Assembly: GCF_001194135.2 (NCBI RefSeq)
Contig: NC_068983.1
Coordinates: 164,227,235 to 164,291,234 of the forward strand
DNA from: Octopus bimaculoides
Taxonomy: Eukaryota
Reading direction: 5' to 3'
DNA length: 64,000 bases
In this document: positions 38,195 through 51,204 of the stretch, piece by piece
How positions within the stretch are numbered: the first letter of the stretch is position 1
Layout: the number at the start of each line of letters is the position of its first letter
Made by a program: the position numbers and the translations under genes
Notes under the pieces: generated by a model
What the model was told of the DNA's origin: nothing
The model's input: the letters and a program-made list of their open reading frames with translations, nothing else
The model's database searches: none

Positions 38195-38835
38195 GTTTGG
38201 AGCCTGGTGTAGCCATCTGGTTCACCAGTCCTCAGTCAAATCGTCCAACCCATGCTCGCATGGAAAGTGGACATTAAACGATGATGAGGAGGAGGAGGAT
38301 GTGTGTTAACATTTCTTCACCACTGGACACTAAACACAGCTTGCGAAGATCTGTTGGGGCAAATGAGATCGAAACTGAACCAAATTCAATGACTGGCACC
38401 CGTGCCAGTGGTGCGCTAACAGCACCATCCGAGTGGGATCACTGCCAGAGCAGCTGTCTTGCTTCCATTCCGGTGGCACATAAAATGCACTATTTGAGCG
38501 CGATCGTTTCCAGCTTTGCCTTACTGGCACTCATGCCAGTGGCATGTGAACAAAACATTGGACTGTCTCCTGTGCAGGTGGCACGTAAAGAAACACCATT
38601 TGAGCGTGGCCATTGTCAGTACCGCTGGACTGGCCCTCATGCCGGTGGCACGTAAAAAGCACCCACTGCACTCTCGGAGTGGTTAGCGTTAGGAAGGGCA
38701 TTCAGCTGTAGAAACTCTGCCAGATCAGATTGGAGTCTGGTGTAGCCATCTGGTTCGCCAGTCCCCAGTCAAATCGTCCAACCCATGCTAGCATGCAAAG
38801 CAGACGTTAAATGATGATGATGATGATGATGATGA
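38195..38835 (+). mobile_element. Two RTE-tail elements (38195-38300 and ~38370-38835)
   Basis: Shared tail and ~65-bp units. Confidence 0.85.
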
Positions 38836-38839
38836 TTCT

Positions 38840-39125
38840 GTTCATCTCGGTGTCAATATCTTTGTGCTTTGACAGTTTCTTTTATTTATTTCCATGCAAT
38901 GTTTTGGTTTGAAGGAATCAGAATGTCTATTAGCATGTGAATATTTTAAGTCTAGTTCTTGATTATTACTATATATGGGTGGGTTGCCTTTAGTCTTGTC
39001 AATTTGGACATCTGTACCCAGGTGATCCACATTTTCTCTTGTTGTTGTATTTCTGTAGCTTTTGTAGTTAAACATTGGTCCTTTGCAGCTGGAATCTCCC
39101 CACAGAATGTAAAGTCTTTTGGCAT
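38840..39125 (-). mobile_element. R4/Dong-type LINE fragment
   Basis: GEIPAAKDQCLTT and RENVDHLG...KPKH resemble EGFIxAAQDQxLxT...ETVDHLVSGC. Confidence 0.6.
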
Positions 39126-39154
39126 TTCTTTCAAATACTTAATTCTCCTCCTTC

Positions 39155-39370
39155 TCATCATCATCATCGCTTAACGTCCGCTTTCCATGCTAGCATGGGT
39201 TGGACGATTTGGTTGAGGACTGGCGAACCGGATGGCTACACCAGGCTCCAATCTGATCTGGCAGAGTTTCTACAGCTGGATACCCTTCCTAACGCCAACT
39301 ACTCCGTGAGTGTAGTGGGTGCTTTTATGTGCCACCGGCACGAGGGCCAGTCCAGCGGTACTGGCAACAA
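39155..39370 (-). mobile_element. RTE-tail element
   Basis: (CAT)n followed by the shared tail. Confidence 0.85.
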
Positions 39371-40014
39371 ATTTGTTTTGTTTATTTAATTCAATTTTGC
39401 GGATTTTGTTGCTTGCTGCAAATCTCTTTGCATTTGCAAAGGTGTTTACTGTAATATTTTCCTTTGAGGTATTTTTACCCTCCCATAGCTAATATGTTTC
39501 CATATAACATGAGTTCACTGGATGAATGGAAACTTCAATGAAGCCCAGTATTCTCCTTTAATTTAATTTTTATTCTGGAGGTTTACATAAAGAGACAAAC
39601 CTTTCTCTTTGGTGACGGCTATTTGAGAGGAAGCTCTCTCTGAAATTCCTTTTACTAGGCACCTTTCACAAAAGGATTGAAATAAGCTGATACAATGAAA
39701 TTAATCATTGTCGATTTTGCTATTCAATTTATTTCATAGAATTGTTCATTTCTCTTTTTTTAACAAAATGGTGTCGGTTATGATTGCCGATTATCTCTTT
39801 CTGTTTCTTTGTTGTTTTCATTGTTTTTGTCTGTGTTGTATGAAGATATAAAACCATAAACTATGTGTTTAATAATGGTTTCAAATTTTGGCACAAGGCC
39901 AGCAGTTTAGAGGGAGGCATTAAGTCAATTGCACTACTGACCCCATTATTCAACTGGTACTTATTTTATCAACCCTGAAACGATGAAAGGCAAAGTCGAT
40001 TACTATCATAATCT

Positions 40015-40046
<32 letters not shown>

Positions 40047-40284
40047 TGTTGTTGTTGTTGTAGTTATTATTAGTAGCAGCAGCAGCAGTATACATTGAGG
40101 TATTGAAGGTATCATGGCAGAAGAAGCGGTAGAGCAACCAATAAAATTCCTGACAATGTTTAGATTCACATTTTTATTTTTTCAAAGTTCAGACAAAAAT
40201 AAAAGTTAAGTATTTTTCTGGAACCATTCAATCAATTATTTTTCATTTCTATAGATTTATAGCCATAAACTATTATAAGAAATT

Positions 40285-40392
40285 GTTATCATCATCATCA
40301 TCATCATCACCATCATCATTATCAACATTATTATTATTGTTATTGTTGTTGTTGTTGTTATCATCATCATCATTATTACTATTATCATTATT

Positions 40393-40457
<65 letters not shown>

Positions 40458-40516
40458 TATTATTATTATTACTATTATTATTACTATTATTATTATTGTT
40501 GTTGTTATTATTATCA

Positions 40517-40604
<88 letters not shown>

Positions 40605-41140
40605 CATTATTTCTATTATTATCATCATTATTATTATTGTAAGAAAACTAAAGCTGTCAGTTTTGCAGTTTCAGTTTTATAGAAATCAATAATAATTAGT
40701 ATTCGGTAAGCAATTCAATTTATTTTAGCCACATTTCTTAGAAAATATATTTATTTCATTTTATTTTATTCTATTTCATTTTTTGTTTTGTTTTGTTTTG
40801 TCTTGTTCTGGCTGGGAAAAATTAACAAATATTATTTTTATTTTCATTTCAAATCTACCTTCATCATCATGATCATCACCATCATCATCATCATCATCAT
40901 CATCACCATCATCACCATCATCATCATCATCATCACCATAATCATCATCACCACCACCCCTACCACCATCATAATCATCATTATTATCATCATCGCCGCC
41001 ACCACCACCACCACCACCACCATCATCATAATCATCATCATCATCACCAACATCATCATTGTTGTTATCATCATTGTCATCATCATCATCGTCATCATCA
41101 TCATCATCAACACCATTATCCCCTTCATCATCATCATCCC
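40285..41140. repeat. Long (ATT)n and (CAT)n tracts
   Basis: Direct inspection. Confidence 0.95.
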
Positions 41141-41469
41141 CTAACATCTGGCTTCTAGGCTGGCATGATACAGCCAAGGGCTGGAGGGTTTGACAAGATT
41201 TGACAGCTCAGAGAACTGCATCATGCTCCAGTGTCTGCTGTGGAATGGTTTCTATGGCTGGCTCTCCTTCCTAACACCAACCATTTTACACAGTGTACAG
41301 GGCATATTTTTGGCAGCACCAGCACTAATGAAGACTGGGATCCCCTTGCAACCTGTAAGGCTAAGAGCCTAAAGGGGTCCCTACAACTGAGGGAGAATAA
41401 GGGGGGCAACGAGTGGTGATTCTTTGCAGAAGATTGAGGGATGATAACAGAGAAGGAATATTCTTTTCT

Positions 41470-41680
41470 ACTCTAGGCACAAGGCCCAAAATTTTGGGGG
41501 AGGAGGCCAGTCGATTTGATCAACCCCAGTACACAACTGGTACTTAATTTATTGACCCCCAAAAAGATGAAAGGCAAAGTCGACCTTGGTGGAATTTGAA
41601 CTCAGAATGTAAAGACAGAGGAAATACCGCTCAGCATTTTGCTTGGTGTGCTAATGATTCTGCCATCTTGCCACTTTAAA
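41470..41680 (-). mobile_element. Meta-like SINE
   Basis: aggcaaagtcgaccttggtggaatttgaactcagaa. Confidence 0.8.
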
Positions 41681-42199
41681 TGGGGAGGAATATTGCTGGG
41701 AAAATGGAGAAGGGGGGATTAATGATGGGGGTTATTTCAAAAAGGCATGGTTAGAGCTGAAAATTGAGTGGGTGGGTTGTGTAAGGGGTTGTGGTGTGGT
41801 GCAATTCAGTATTATAAGGGGTGAGCATCAATGAAAGGTGTGTGGGGCAAAGAGGACAGGAAGAGGGCAATAGATTAGGAGGGTGGGGGAATTTTGGGAA
41901 AATCATTGAAGGGGAGAGAAATGTGGTGGTGGTGGGGTATTGCAGGGATTAGCAAGTGGGTCAAAATGAAAAGGGGTGTGGATGAGGGCAGTTAGAGAAA
42001 AGGTGGTGAAGGGCGAGGGGTAGTATATGGGTGGGTACAGTAGCAGTAGGGAGGGAAAGGGATATTGGAAAGTACCCAGAGGTAGGAGGGAGAGGAAGAG
42101 TAGAGGGTGAATGCTGTAAAGCACTCTTCTGAAGACTTCTTATTGTTCTCCAAATTCTTCAGCTACCATAGCCTACAATGCCATCACTATGATACCATG

Positions 42200-42640
42200 T
42201 TATCTGTTCTATTCAGCTATTTAATATTTTCCTGATTATTCTGTCCATGCCAAGGAGGCAAACCTTTTGTAACAGTTCTACTGGGTACTCTATTCCAATT
42301 TCCTTTATATTCCTCTCGATGCCTTCTGATGATACTGTCACCAAGGACCCAACAATAATATCTTCACCTTCTTCATTTTCCATAGTCTGGCTATTTCATA
42401 CGTAAGAAGGTTGGATCTATCTTGCTGCCTTCTTTTTTGACTATTCGTGGGTCAAAGGGACATGCAACATCAATTATATAACATATGTGGTGCACCTTGT
42501 CGATCACTACTAGGTCCGGTCTGTTATGCTCTAACACCTGATCTGTTTGGATTAGGAAATCCAGAGGCTTTTGCTAGTCTCCGACTCTTCCACTCTTTGC
42601 GGTTTGTGCATTCCAACACATAGTTTGTATGCTATATGCA
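42200..42640 (-). mobile_element. R4/Dong-type LINE 3' end: restriction-like endonuclease domain
   Basis: DFLIQTDQVLEHNRPDLVVIDKVHHICYIIDVACPFD...YEIARLWKMKKV...VELLQKVCLLGMDRIIRKILNS*. Confidence 0.9.
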
Positions 42641-42824
42641 TATAAGTCTGTTGTGATTTTTATGTAATTAGATTGTAGAAAGGCTTTCTGATGTATTTTA
42701 TAGTTCTCAGATACAGCCATTTGATTACCTAAAATGGCCATAGAATTTGAACCTGTTTCATCTGACTTTCTGCATTGAAATTATGATAAAGTGTTAGAAT
42801 ATTAAATGGAAAGTCTTTTCTAAT

Positions 42825-43030
42825 CCAGTCACAACCCCAAAATTTGCGCGAGGGGGCCAGTCGATTAGATTGACACAAGTACGCAAATGGTATTTAATTC
42901 ATTGACGCCAAAAGGATGAAAGGCAAAGTCGACCTCGGCGGAATTTGAACTCAGAACATAAAGACAGACGAAATACCGTTAAGCATTTCGCCTGGCGTGC
43001 TAATGTTTCTGCCAGCCCCGCCACCTTATA
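42825..43030 (-). mobile_element. Young-looking Meta-like SINE
   Basis: CpGs largely retained; full head and central domain. Confidence 0.85.
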
Positions 43031-43399
43031 TTAAATAGAAAGTAAATACGAGTAATTCAATATTAATCAGGTGAATATATTGGTTCATTTGTTTGAATAT
43101 GTAGACTGTTCTTTTGTTTGAATATATGGAGTTGTGCTGGCTATTAATGGTGTATATTTGTATCTGACTGAATAAGTATAAATTAAAGTGTGTCTATCAT
43201 AAATAGGGGACAAAAACTAAAACTACTGTACAGATGCTGCATTTATTGTCCCTTACCATCCTTTTTGTCCCTTACGAAGACAAGTGTTTCAAAAGTTTCA
43301 TAAAATCCTCAGAGCTGGACGAATCGTAAGCAAATCAAAGCCTAGGTTCACTGCTTTCTTTTTTGAACTGTCCGTATATTTGATGAGAGATATCTGAGA

Positions 43400-43600
43400 G
43401 TTCTAGTTATCCAAATTCTTTGCAATAATGGTGTGAGGAATATAATTTTGGCCCTTAAAGTCTCTCAAGGTGTTTAAATCATAATTCCTAATTCTAACTT
43501 TGATATCCTTATCAGAAGCCATGTTGTTGACCCCAAAAGTAATGTTTGATCCCAAATCTACCGAGAATCTTCTAATATTGATTTCCACCACAGTTACTTG
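43400..43600 (-). mobile_element. Possible decayed RTE/RTEX RT fragment
   Basis: DLGSNI...SDKDIKVRI resembles YLGSxIxxxxKDIKVRI. Confidence 0.35.
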
Positions 43601-43614
43601 TCTTAGTTGTCTTT

Positions 43615-44220
43615 TATTCGTCTGCTTGTTTCACTCATTGGACTGTGGTCATGCTGGGGCACTGCCTTGGAAAACTTTTAGTCAAACAAATTGATTCCAG
43701 TGCACTTTTTTTAAAGCCTGGTATGCATTCTGTTGTTCTCTTTTGCTGAACCACTAAGTTACTGAGACATAAACAAACCGACCCCGGTTGTCAAGCAGTA
43801 GTGGGGGACAGACACTGACACAAAGACACACACACACACTCATGGATGGGCAAAATAGTTCAAGGCAGCAAGCTGGCAGAAAGTTTAGCATACTGGGCGA
43901 AATGCTCAGCGGTATTTCATCTGCCGTTATGTCCTGAGTTCAAATTCCACTGAAATTTGCATGCCGGTGGCATGTAAAAAGCACCATCCAAATGGGGTCG
44001 ATGCCAGTGTTGTCTGACTGGCTCCTGTACTGGTGGTATGTAAAAAGCACTCACTACATTCTCCAAGTGGTTGGCATTAGGAAGGGCAACCAGCTGTAGA
44101 AACCTTGCCAGATCAGATTGGAGCCTGGTGCAGCCTCCTGGCTTGCCAGTCCTCAGTTAAACCATCCAACCCATGCCAGCATGGAAAGCAGACGTTAAAC
44201 GATGACGATGATGATGATGG
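43615..44220. mobile_element. SINE cluster: CORE 3' half (minus), Meta-like head (+), RTE-tail element (+, 43955-44220)
   Basis: Homology to other copies in the window. Confidence 0.8.
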
Positions 44221-45512
44221 TAAAAGAGTTATTAGCAAATAAAGTTTGAAAATTTTGGGTATTTTAGCCAATTGTTAGCCACAGACACATTCATGCCTGT
44301 TTCCATAGTAACAAGCCAAGCATGAGAACTCTTTTGTCTGCGAGAAAGCACATGCTGACAAATATTTTCCACTCATTGAGGTGGTTGTGAGATGTACTAA
44401 AAATAGCAGCCAAATAGGCCTTGACTCATGCACCAAAAAATTCTTTCATTTTATTTTTGGACAATGGCATGAATTCCTATGTGTAGAATACATATTCACC
44501 AAAATTTCCTGAAAATACCAAAAAGTAAAATAGAGGTTATATGGCGTGTGTAGAGGAGAATTATTTATAGTTGACAACACGTGCTGTCATGCACAAAATG
44601 ACAGCTTCTATATCCTGTTTCCTGGTAAAAATGATCAAACTTTAAATATCTGTGACGTTTTAAAAACATTTTTCTGGAAAAATTGAAATAACTCCAGCAA
44701 TTCAGCTTGGAAAAGTATATTATTATACCAAATCTAAAAATTTTTGATTAACTGTAATTTTTGAAATGCTGGCAGCCAAACCAACTGGTTCCTAAATCTT
44801 CCCTAATTTGGATATAATTGTAATGTGAGGCAGGAATCGAACTCTTCACTATAAATTTACATTGATGTTGCTTTTTTTTTCACACCAGGCTAGCCCTGAT
44901 CAGGTAGGTCTATAGCCAAAGGCATCCCAACCATGGCCAGTCTGGTTATTTCATACATCAACAATTAATTTCATTATCAAACATGTCATTTTTTTTTATT
45001 CAAGAAGACAAGGTATAATTTGTGAAGATTTGGGTGTTATTTCTTGCAGGTCATGTGATTCTGCCAAGGCCCCATCCCCACCCACCTTACAAGATCATGG
45101 GGCAGCTGTATAGAGAGATTAATTATACTACCACCTGGTACCTATTAAGTGCTTGGTAAACTTTGCCATTGAACATAAAATGTCTTGATCATTGACACAA
45201 AAGTGACAGGATATGAACTTTCAGTCTTTTGGCTGGCTGTCATTTACCAAATTGACTTACTCAATGGCTCTCTCTCTCTCTCTCTCTCTTCTTCTTCTTC
45301 TTCTTCTTCTTCACAATAAACACTGAAACTAAAATCAATAGGCCATCAATTCATTGAATTCCAACATTTTGTGCTTGGTTTTTCATCACCGTCGCCACCA
45401 CAACCACCACCTCTGCCACAACTGCCTCCATCGCTTCCACCATTCGTCACTGAGAATTTATGTTACTTGAAGCAAAAGAATAAATTATTCTGTTATAGAA
45501 ATCGAAATATGG

Positions 45513-45566
<54 letters not shown>

Positions 45567-46312
45567 ATGTATGTATATGTATATGGATATATACACACAT
45601 ACTCATGCACAATATATATATATATGTGCACACATACACACACACACAGAGGCACACACATACACACACACACACACACACACAGAGGCTCATACATAGG
45701 CACATACACACATCTATTTATATATTTCTCTCCTGATCTCTCTATTAATTAATCTATGAAAAGATCTTTCTAACTGAGCAATGTTTTGTTGATTTATGTA
45801 CACACAAACACTCTTATACACACATACACACACACACAGTGTTATGTATGCATACATACATGCATGTGTGTTTGTATGCATGTGTGCCTGTGTGTGAGTG
45901 TGTGTGTGTGCATTGTCACATTAGACATTATATGCACCCTGTATATTTATATATATATATTTCTAAATATACAGACACACAGACGCACACACACACACAC
46001 ACACGTTATATACGTGTGTGTTTGGGGTTATAAATAAGAAAAGTGTGCTCAATACTTTTTGTAGAACTTATTTATTTGGAAACAGCTGGTGATTCATACA
46101 GCTGTCATCTTGAAGGGGACAGCAGTATGAAGAAGTGGTGTGGATTTAAAGTGAATGGAATTTGTGGCTGAGGGAGGGTGAGGAAATTTCGGTAGGAAAT
46201 GTTGAAAAAAAATCTTGAGCTGTGTCAGATGGAAAAGACAACAAATGACTGCACTAATTGGTGATGCTCTGTGCTACAGAAGTATGGCAATACAGACATT
46301 AAAACTGGTGCA

Positions 46313-46351
<39 letters not shown>

Positions 46352-46384
46352 TTGTGCATATAGTTGTAATCATGAAGACAAACT

Positions 46385-46588
46385 AAATAGTGATATTTTT
46401 GAAATCATTTAATATGCACATTTCAGGTTTGTTTCATATGATAGGAAATGCATCCATTACATAAACCTTCCTCAGTTAAAGCATTTCACAAGTAACTGAG
46501 GAAGGTTTGCATAATGGATGCATTTCCTTTCATATATTAATCAGACCTGAAATGTGCATATTAAATGATTTCAAAATTATCACTATTT
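46385..46588. mobile_element. ~200-bp fold-back element (MITE-like)
   Basis: ~95-bp arms (aaatagtgat...ccttcctcagtta and taactgaggaagg...atcactattt) with a 14-nt spacer. Confidence 0.8.
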
Positions 46589-46719
46589 GGCTTGACTTCA
46601 TTATTGCAACTAATATGACTCGATGCCAGTACAAACTGACCAGTCTAGGCTCCACTTATGCTGATAGACTTGAGCCCAAAATTCTGGCACCAGACACCAC
46701 TTATTAGCATATCGAATGT

Positions 46720-47320
46720 CAGGTCATTGGCACCCATGCTGGTGGCATGTAGAAGCATCTTTTGAGCATTGGGCTTCATGGAGGCAAGGACCAACACCAT
46801 TTGGTTTTATGTCCTGCTCGACAAGAAGACCCATCAAGCCAAGTAAAACCACAGTCATGGCAGATAGCAGTGTCATGCAAATGGCACCAATGCCGGTGGC
46901 ACGTAAAGGTACTTATTATACTCTCAGAGTGATTGGCATTAGGAAGGGCATCCTGCTGTGGAAAACAGACTGGAGTCTGGTGCAGCCTTCCAGTTTGCCA
47001 GCCCTGGTCAAACCGTCCAACCCTTGTCAGTATGGACAATGAATGCTAAATGATGATGATGATGATGATGATATAAGCATATGCGTCATCATTGAACACC
47101 ATTTTGAGCGTGGTCGTTGCCAGTACCGCCTGACTGGCCCTCATGCCAGCAGCATATAAATACACCCACTATACTCTCGGAGTGGTTGGCATTAGGAAGG
47201 GCATCCAGCTGTAGAAACTCAGCCTGATCAGATTGGAGCCTGGTGCAGCCTCCTGGTTCACCAGTCCTCAGCATGGAAGGCAGATGTTAAACGATGATGA
47301 TGACGATGACGATGATGTTC
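46720..47320 (+). mobile_element. Two RTE-tail elements (46720-47070 and 47095-47320)
   Basis: Shared tail. Confidence 0.8.
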
Positions 47321-47479
47321 CATGCTGGCATGGGTTGTTTTTGACAGGGTATTCACTCTTCCCCTACCTGAAGACACTTTCTTCAGATGGACTCACCACA
47401 CACACACATCTCCCCCATATACCCCATCTGAATTTCCTGCCAGCAAATTTGGTTTGGCATCAATCATTCTCACCATCTA

Positions 47480-47585
47480 TACACCTCCCACGGGCATATG
47501 GTGTAGTGGTTAAGGGAACAGGCTACTAACCCCAACATTCTGACTTCAATTCCAGGCAGTGACCTGAATAATAATAATAATGATG

Positions 47586-47649
<64 letters not shown>

Positions 47650-47835
47650 TAATAATAATAACAATAACATCAAAAAATACCTTAGGAATGAGAACCCAGG
47701 TTCGAAATATCCCCAAGACACCTGATGACGGCTGGAGGGTATATCAGCCGAAACGTTGTGTTAACAACAAACAAGATGAGGACAAGTATCCGTCAAATGT
47801 AAATAATGTAAATAATATAAATAATGTATACAACT
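47480..47835 (+). mobile_element. Single arm of the tRNA-headed hammerhead element (family 1)
   Basis: Same head, (AAT)n and body as 4870-5144. Confidence 0.85.
47717..47762 (+). ncRNA. Intact minimal type-I hammerhead ribozyme motif (family 1)
   Basis: GACAC CTGATGA C GGCTG gagggtatat CAGCC GAAA CGT T GTGTT. G10.1-C11.1 pair intact, ACGT stem III, GUU triplet. Confidence 0.85.
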
Positions 47836-48297
47836 CCTGTCACCATCAAAATGTCTAATGCTGCTGTATCAATAAAATACACTGAGTGCATTTTATTGCA
47901 GCACCAACATTAAAAACTGTAGGGGCCAAGAGATAGCCCTTAGTCTTGTTGAGGGCATGATATTCCCTTAGGGGTTTATCATGCTATTGTGAGTATATTT
48001 TTTAAACTAGTTGGCACAGGGGAGTGTGTTGCGCAGCTGGGAGAAGACCAAAAATGGAGGTTATTAGTGAGATCGTATTCTTTCAGACATTTAATGAGAA
48101 CAGCAGCAACCCCCCATCCCCATGCACGGATGGGTAGAGCAGGATGTAGAACAATAATGATGGTGATGATTATGATGTTGATAATGTGGACGGTAATGAT
48201 GATGATGGCAATAATGATGGTGGTGATAATGATATTGACGTTGATGACATCAGTGACAACGACAATGCTGATGACCATGACAATGATGATGACGGCA

Positions 48298-48329
<32 letters not shown>

Positions 48330-48444
48330 GTCTATGATGATGACGGCTACAACAGTGACTTTTACAATGATGGCAATCACAATGATGATGATGATGGTGA
48401 TGATGACAGCTACATTGATGATGATGGTGCTGATGATGATGAAT

Positions 48445-48477
<33 letters not shown>

Positions 48478-48542
48478 GTTTAACGTCTGCTTTCCATGCT
48501 AGCATGGGTTGGACGATTTGACTGAGGACTGGTGAAACCGGA

Positions 48543-48576
<34 letters not shown>

Positions 48577-49064
48577 GTAGTGAAGGTGATGATGATAATA
48601 ATGATGATGATGATGACGGTGACGATGATGGTTGTGATGATGATGAGAGGATTACAACAACAACAACAACTACGATGACAGCTTTGGTTGCTTAATATAT
48701 TAGGAGTTAATATGCAGCTGAAAGAAACATAGAAGCTTATTGAATCACGCTTATTTTTATTTTGCTTTTTGCCTTTTTTTTTTTTTTTTTCGGTTGAGGG
48801 TAAGAATTTTAGCTTCCTTTTCACCAAACTTCATTCAAAAAAACATTTATTTCTATTTCTATTTCTATTTTTTTTCTTCTTTTTTTACTGTTTGCAATGA
48901 TATTAAAATATATTTTAAATAGAAAGAGTAATGTTAGAAACATTTATTTTTTTTTTACATTTGATTTGTTCGTTATGAATTATCTTAGCATGATGTCTAC
49001 TCAATGAATAAAGTAAGAATTATTTCAAACAACGTCACCCATTTCCTGCTCTATTTTCACTCAC

Positions 49065-49142
49065 CGTCATCGTGAATGCAGTAATTAAGAATCAACCGCC
49101 ACAAGAGATCCAAGATAGATTTTATGTCTCCTTTCAAAATAT
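49065..49142 (-). CDS. Coding exon A of a calponin-homology (CH) actin-binding-domain gene; C-terminal helix of CH1
   Basis: Acceptor tttttgttgtttttctttgcag, donor G|gtgagt, 78 nt. Reads (D)ILKGDIKSILDLLWRLILNYCIHDD(G), matching the recalled CH1 end motif [21 protein letters not shown] of filamin/actinin/spectrin. Ends in phase 1. Confidence 0.9.
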
Positions 49143-49195
49143 CTGCAAAGAAAAACAACAAAAAAACATAACATGTAAGTAAACAATTTCACCAA

Positions 49196-49258
<63 letters not shown>

Positions 49259-49259
49259 C

Positions 49260-49430
49260 CTTTCTGCTGAAGGCACAAAGCCTGAAATTTGTGGGGAGGG
49301 GAATAGTCGATTACATTGACTCCAGGATTTCACTGGTCCTTAATTTATCGACCTCGGTGGAATTTGAACTCAGAATACCACAAAGCATTCCATCCAGTGT
49401 GCTAACGACTCTGCAAGCTCACTGCCTTAA
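49260..49430 (-). mobile_element. Meta-like SINE, internally deleted
   Basis: Homology to 41470-41680. Confidence 0.7.
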
Positions 49431-49441
49431 TAATAATAGTG

Positions 49442-49496
<55 letters not shown>

Positions 49497-49591
49497 TAAT
49501 AATAATCATCATCATCATCGTTTAGTGTCTGCTTTCCATGCTAGCATGGGTTGGATGATTTGACTGAGGACTGGTGAACCAGATGGCTACT

Positions 49592-49622
<31 letters not shown>

Positions 49623-49636
49623 TGATGATGATGATG

Positions 49637-49972
49637 AGAATCACGTTCTATTGGCAAGGAAGCTTGCGAATTCACAGGGTAATTTGACATTAATCCTGAA
49701 ACATTTCAAGAACCTGAAACCCCTGCCACAAAACAAGCAAAATGGACCAAGCAGACTGCAAAACAGGAATGGGCAGAAAGAAATTGAGGAGCAATGGATC
49801 CAGAAGTCTCTGCATGGACAATATATATTTCAAAGTCGAAATGTTGATGTAGACCAAGCAACAATCTATTGGTGGATGAGAAGTTCAGAACTGACAGCAG
49901 AGACTGAAGGTTTCATATTGGTGGCACAAGATCAAAGCCTGCTCACAGAAAAACTACCAGGCTAATGTTCTT
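49637..49972 (+). mobile_element. R4/Dong-type LINE fragment
   Basis: EEQWIQKSLHGQY...WMRSSELTAETEGFILVAQDQSLLT. Confidence 0.8.
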
Positions 49973-49979
49973 TGAGAAT

Positions 49980-50262
49980 GGTCAACACCAGTGCCGTCTG
50001 ACTGGCTCCCATGCCAGTGGTACGTAAAAAGCACCATTCAATCATGGCTGATGCCAGTGCTGCCTGACTGGCTCCCATGCGGGTGGCATGTAAAAAGCAC
50101 CCACTACACTCCCAGAGTGGTTAGCGTTAGGAAGGGTATCCAGCTGTAGAAATTCTGCCAAATCAGATTGGAGCCTGGTGTAGCCATCTGGTTCGCCAGA
50201 CCTCAGTCAAATCGTCCAACCCATGCTAGCATGGAAAGCAGCATTGAAAGATGATGATGATA

Positions 50263-50295
<33 letters not shown>
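49980..50295 (+). mobile_element. RTE-tail element
   Basis: Shared tail and tandem units. Confidence 0.85.
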
Positions 50296-50297
<2 letters not shown>

Positions 50298-51204
50298 TCA
50301 GCTAGACAGCAGAGACTTTATTTGTCTAGAGTGGAACACTGAAGTAATATCCTGTTGAAATGTCCATTCCTGTAATGATTCCACCACACAAAAAGAAATG
50401 ATAGAGGAAGAGATTCCTCCCTTACATTTTCTAATGAGAAAATCCTGAACATCCCCACGTGACTTGGACTAACTGATTACGATAAGAACCAAGTGACCTA
50501 ACAGGAGTGTAACTGATGGTGTTAGCTCAATGTGTGTTGGTTTAATAGTTGGCAGTTGAACATTGAAGACTATCGTACCAATATTTGAGTTGTACAGAGG
50601 GCATTCTGTGTTAACATATGTTTCTGTGATACGTTATTTTTAGACAACCACAACCAACTATTTATTTGTATAATAGCATTTTAAACCAGACGTGTATACC
50701 CACATCATAACAAATTTGACAGTTCCACATTTCGTTTTTTAAATGACTGTAAATAAGCTTAGTACACAATTTGTAATATCATGTGTTTCAGGATTAGCTG
50801 ACGAATGCAGTTGTGGTTCCATGCAGTTCCTGAAGGGAACAGTTGAAATGCAACAGAATTATAAATAAACTGATTAAGATTTTACAGTTTATTATTGTTT
50901 CAGTTATTATTAATTAATTATCTTTATCAATTATGAAGCACATTGGCTAAGAAATTAACGAATGTATTATGCTTGACTACATTGTTATAAACTTAATTCT
51001 TACTTCAGTGCTGTAATGTAAGGTAGATAACTCTAGTCACCCCAATTTACCTTAAAGAAATAGTTTCCCATTTAAAATTCTTTTTTTCTTTCTTATCTCA
51101 GTCATTTGACTGTGGTCATGCTGGAGCACCAGGAAGGACTTTCAGCAATAAAAAGAATTGTTAAAAAAATAAAGCAATATCCTAGAAAATGAATATATTT
51201 TATC

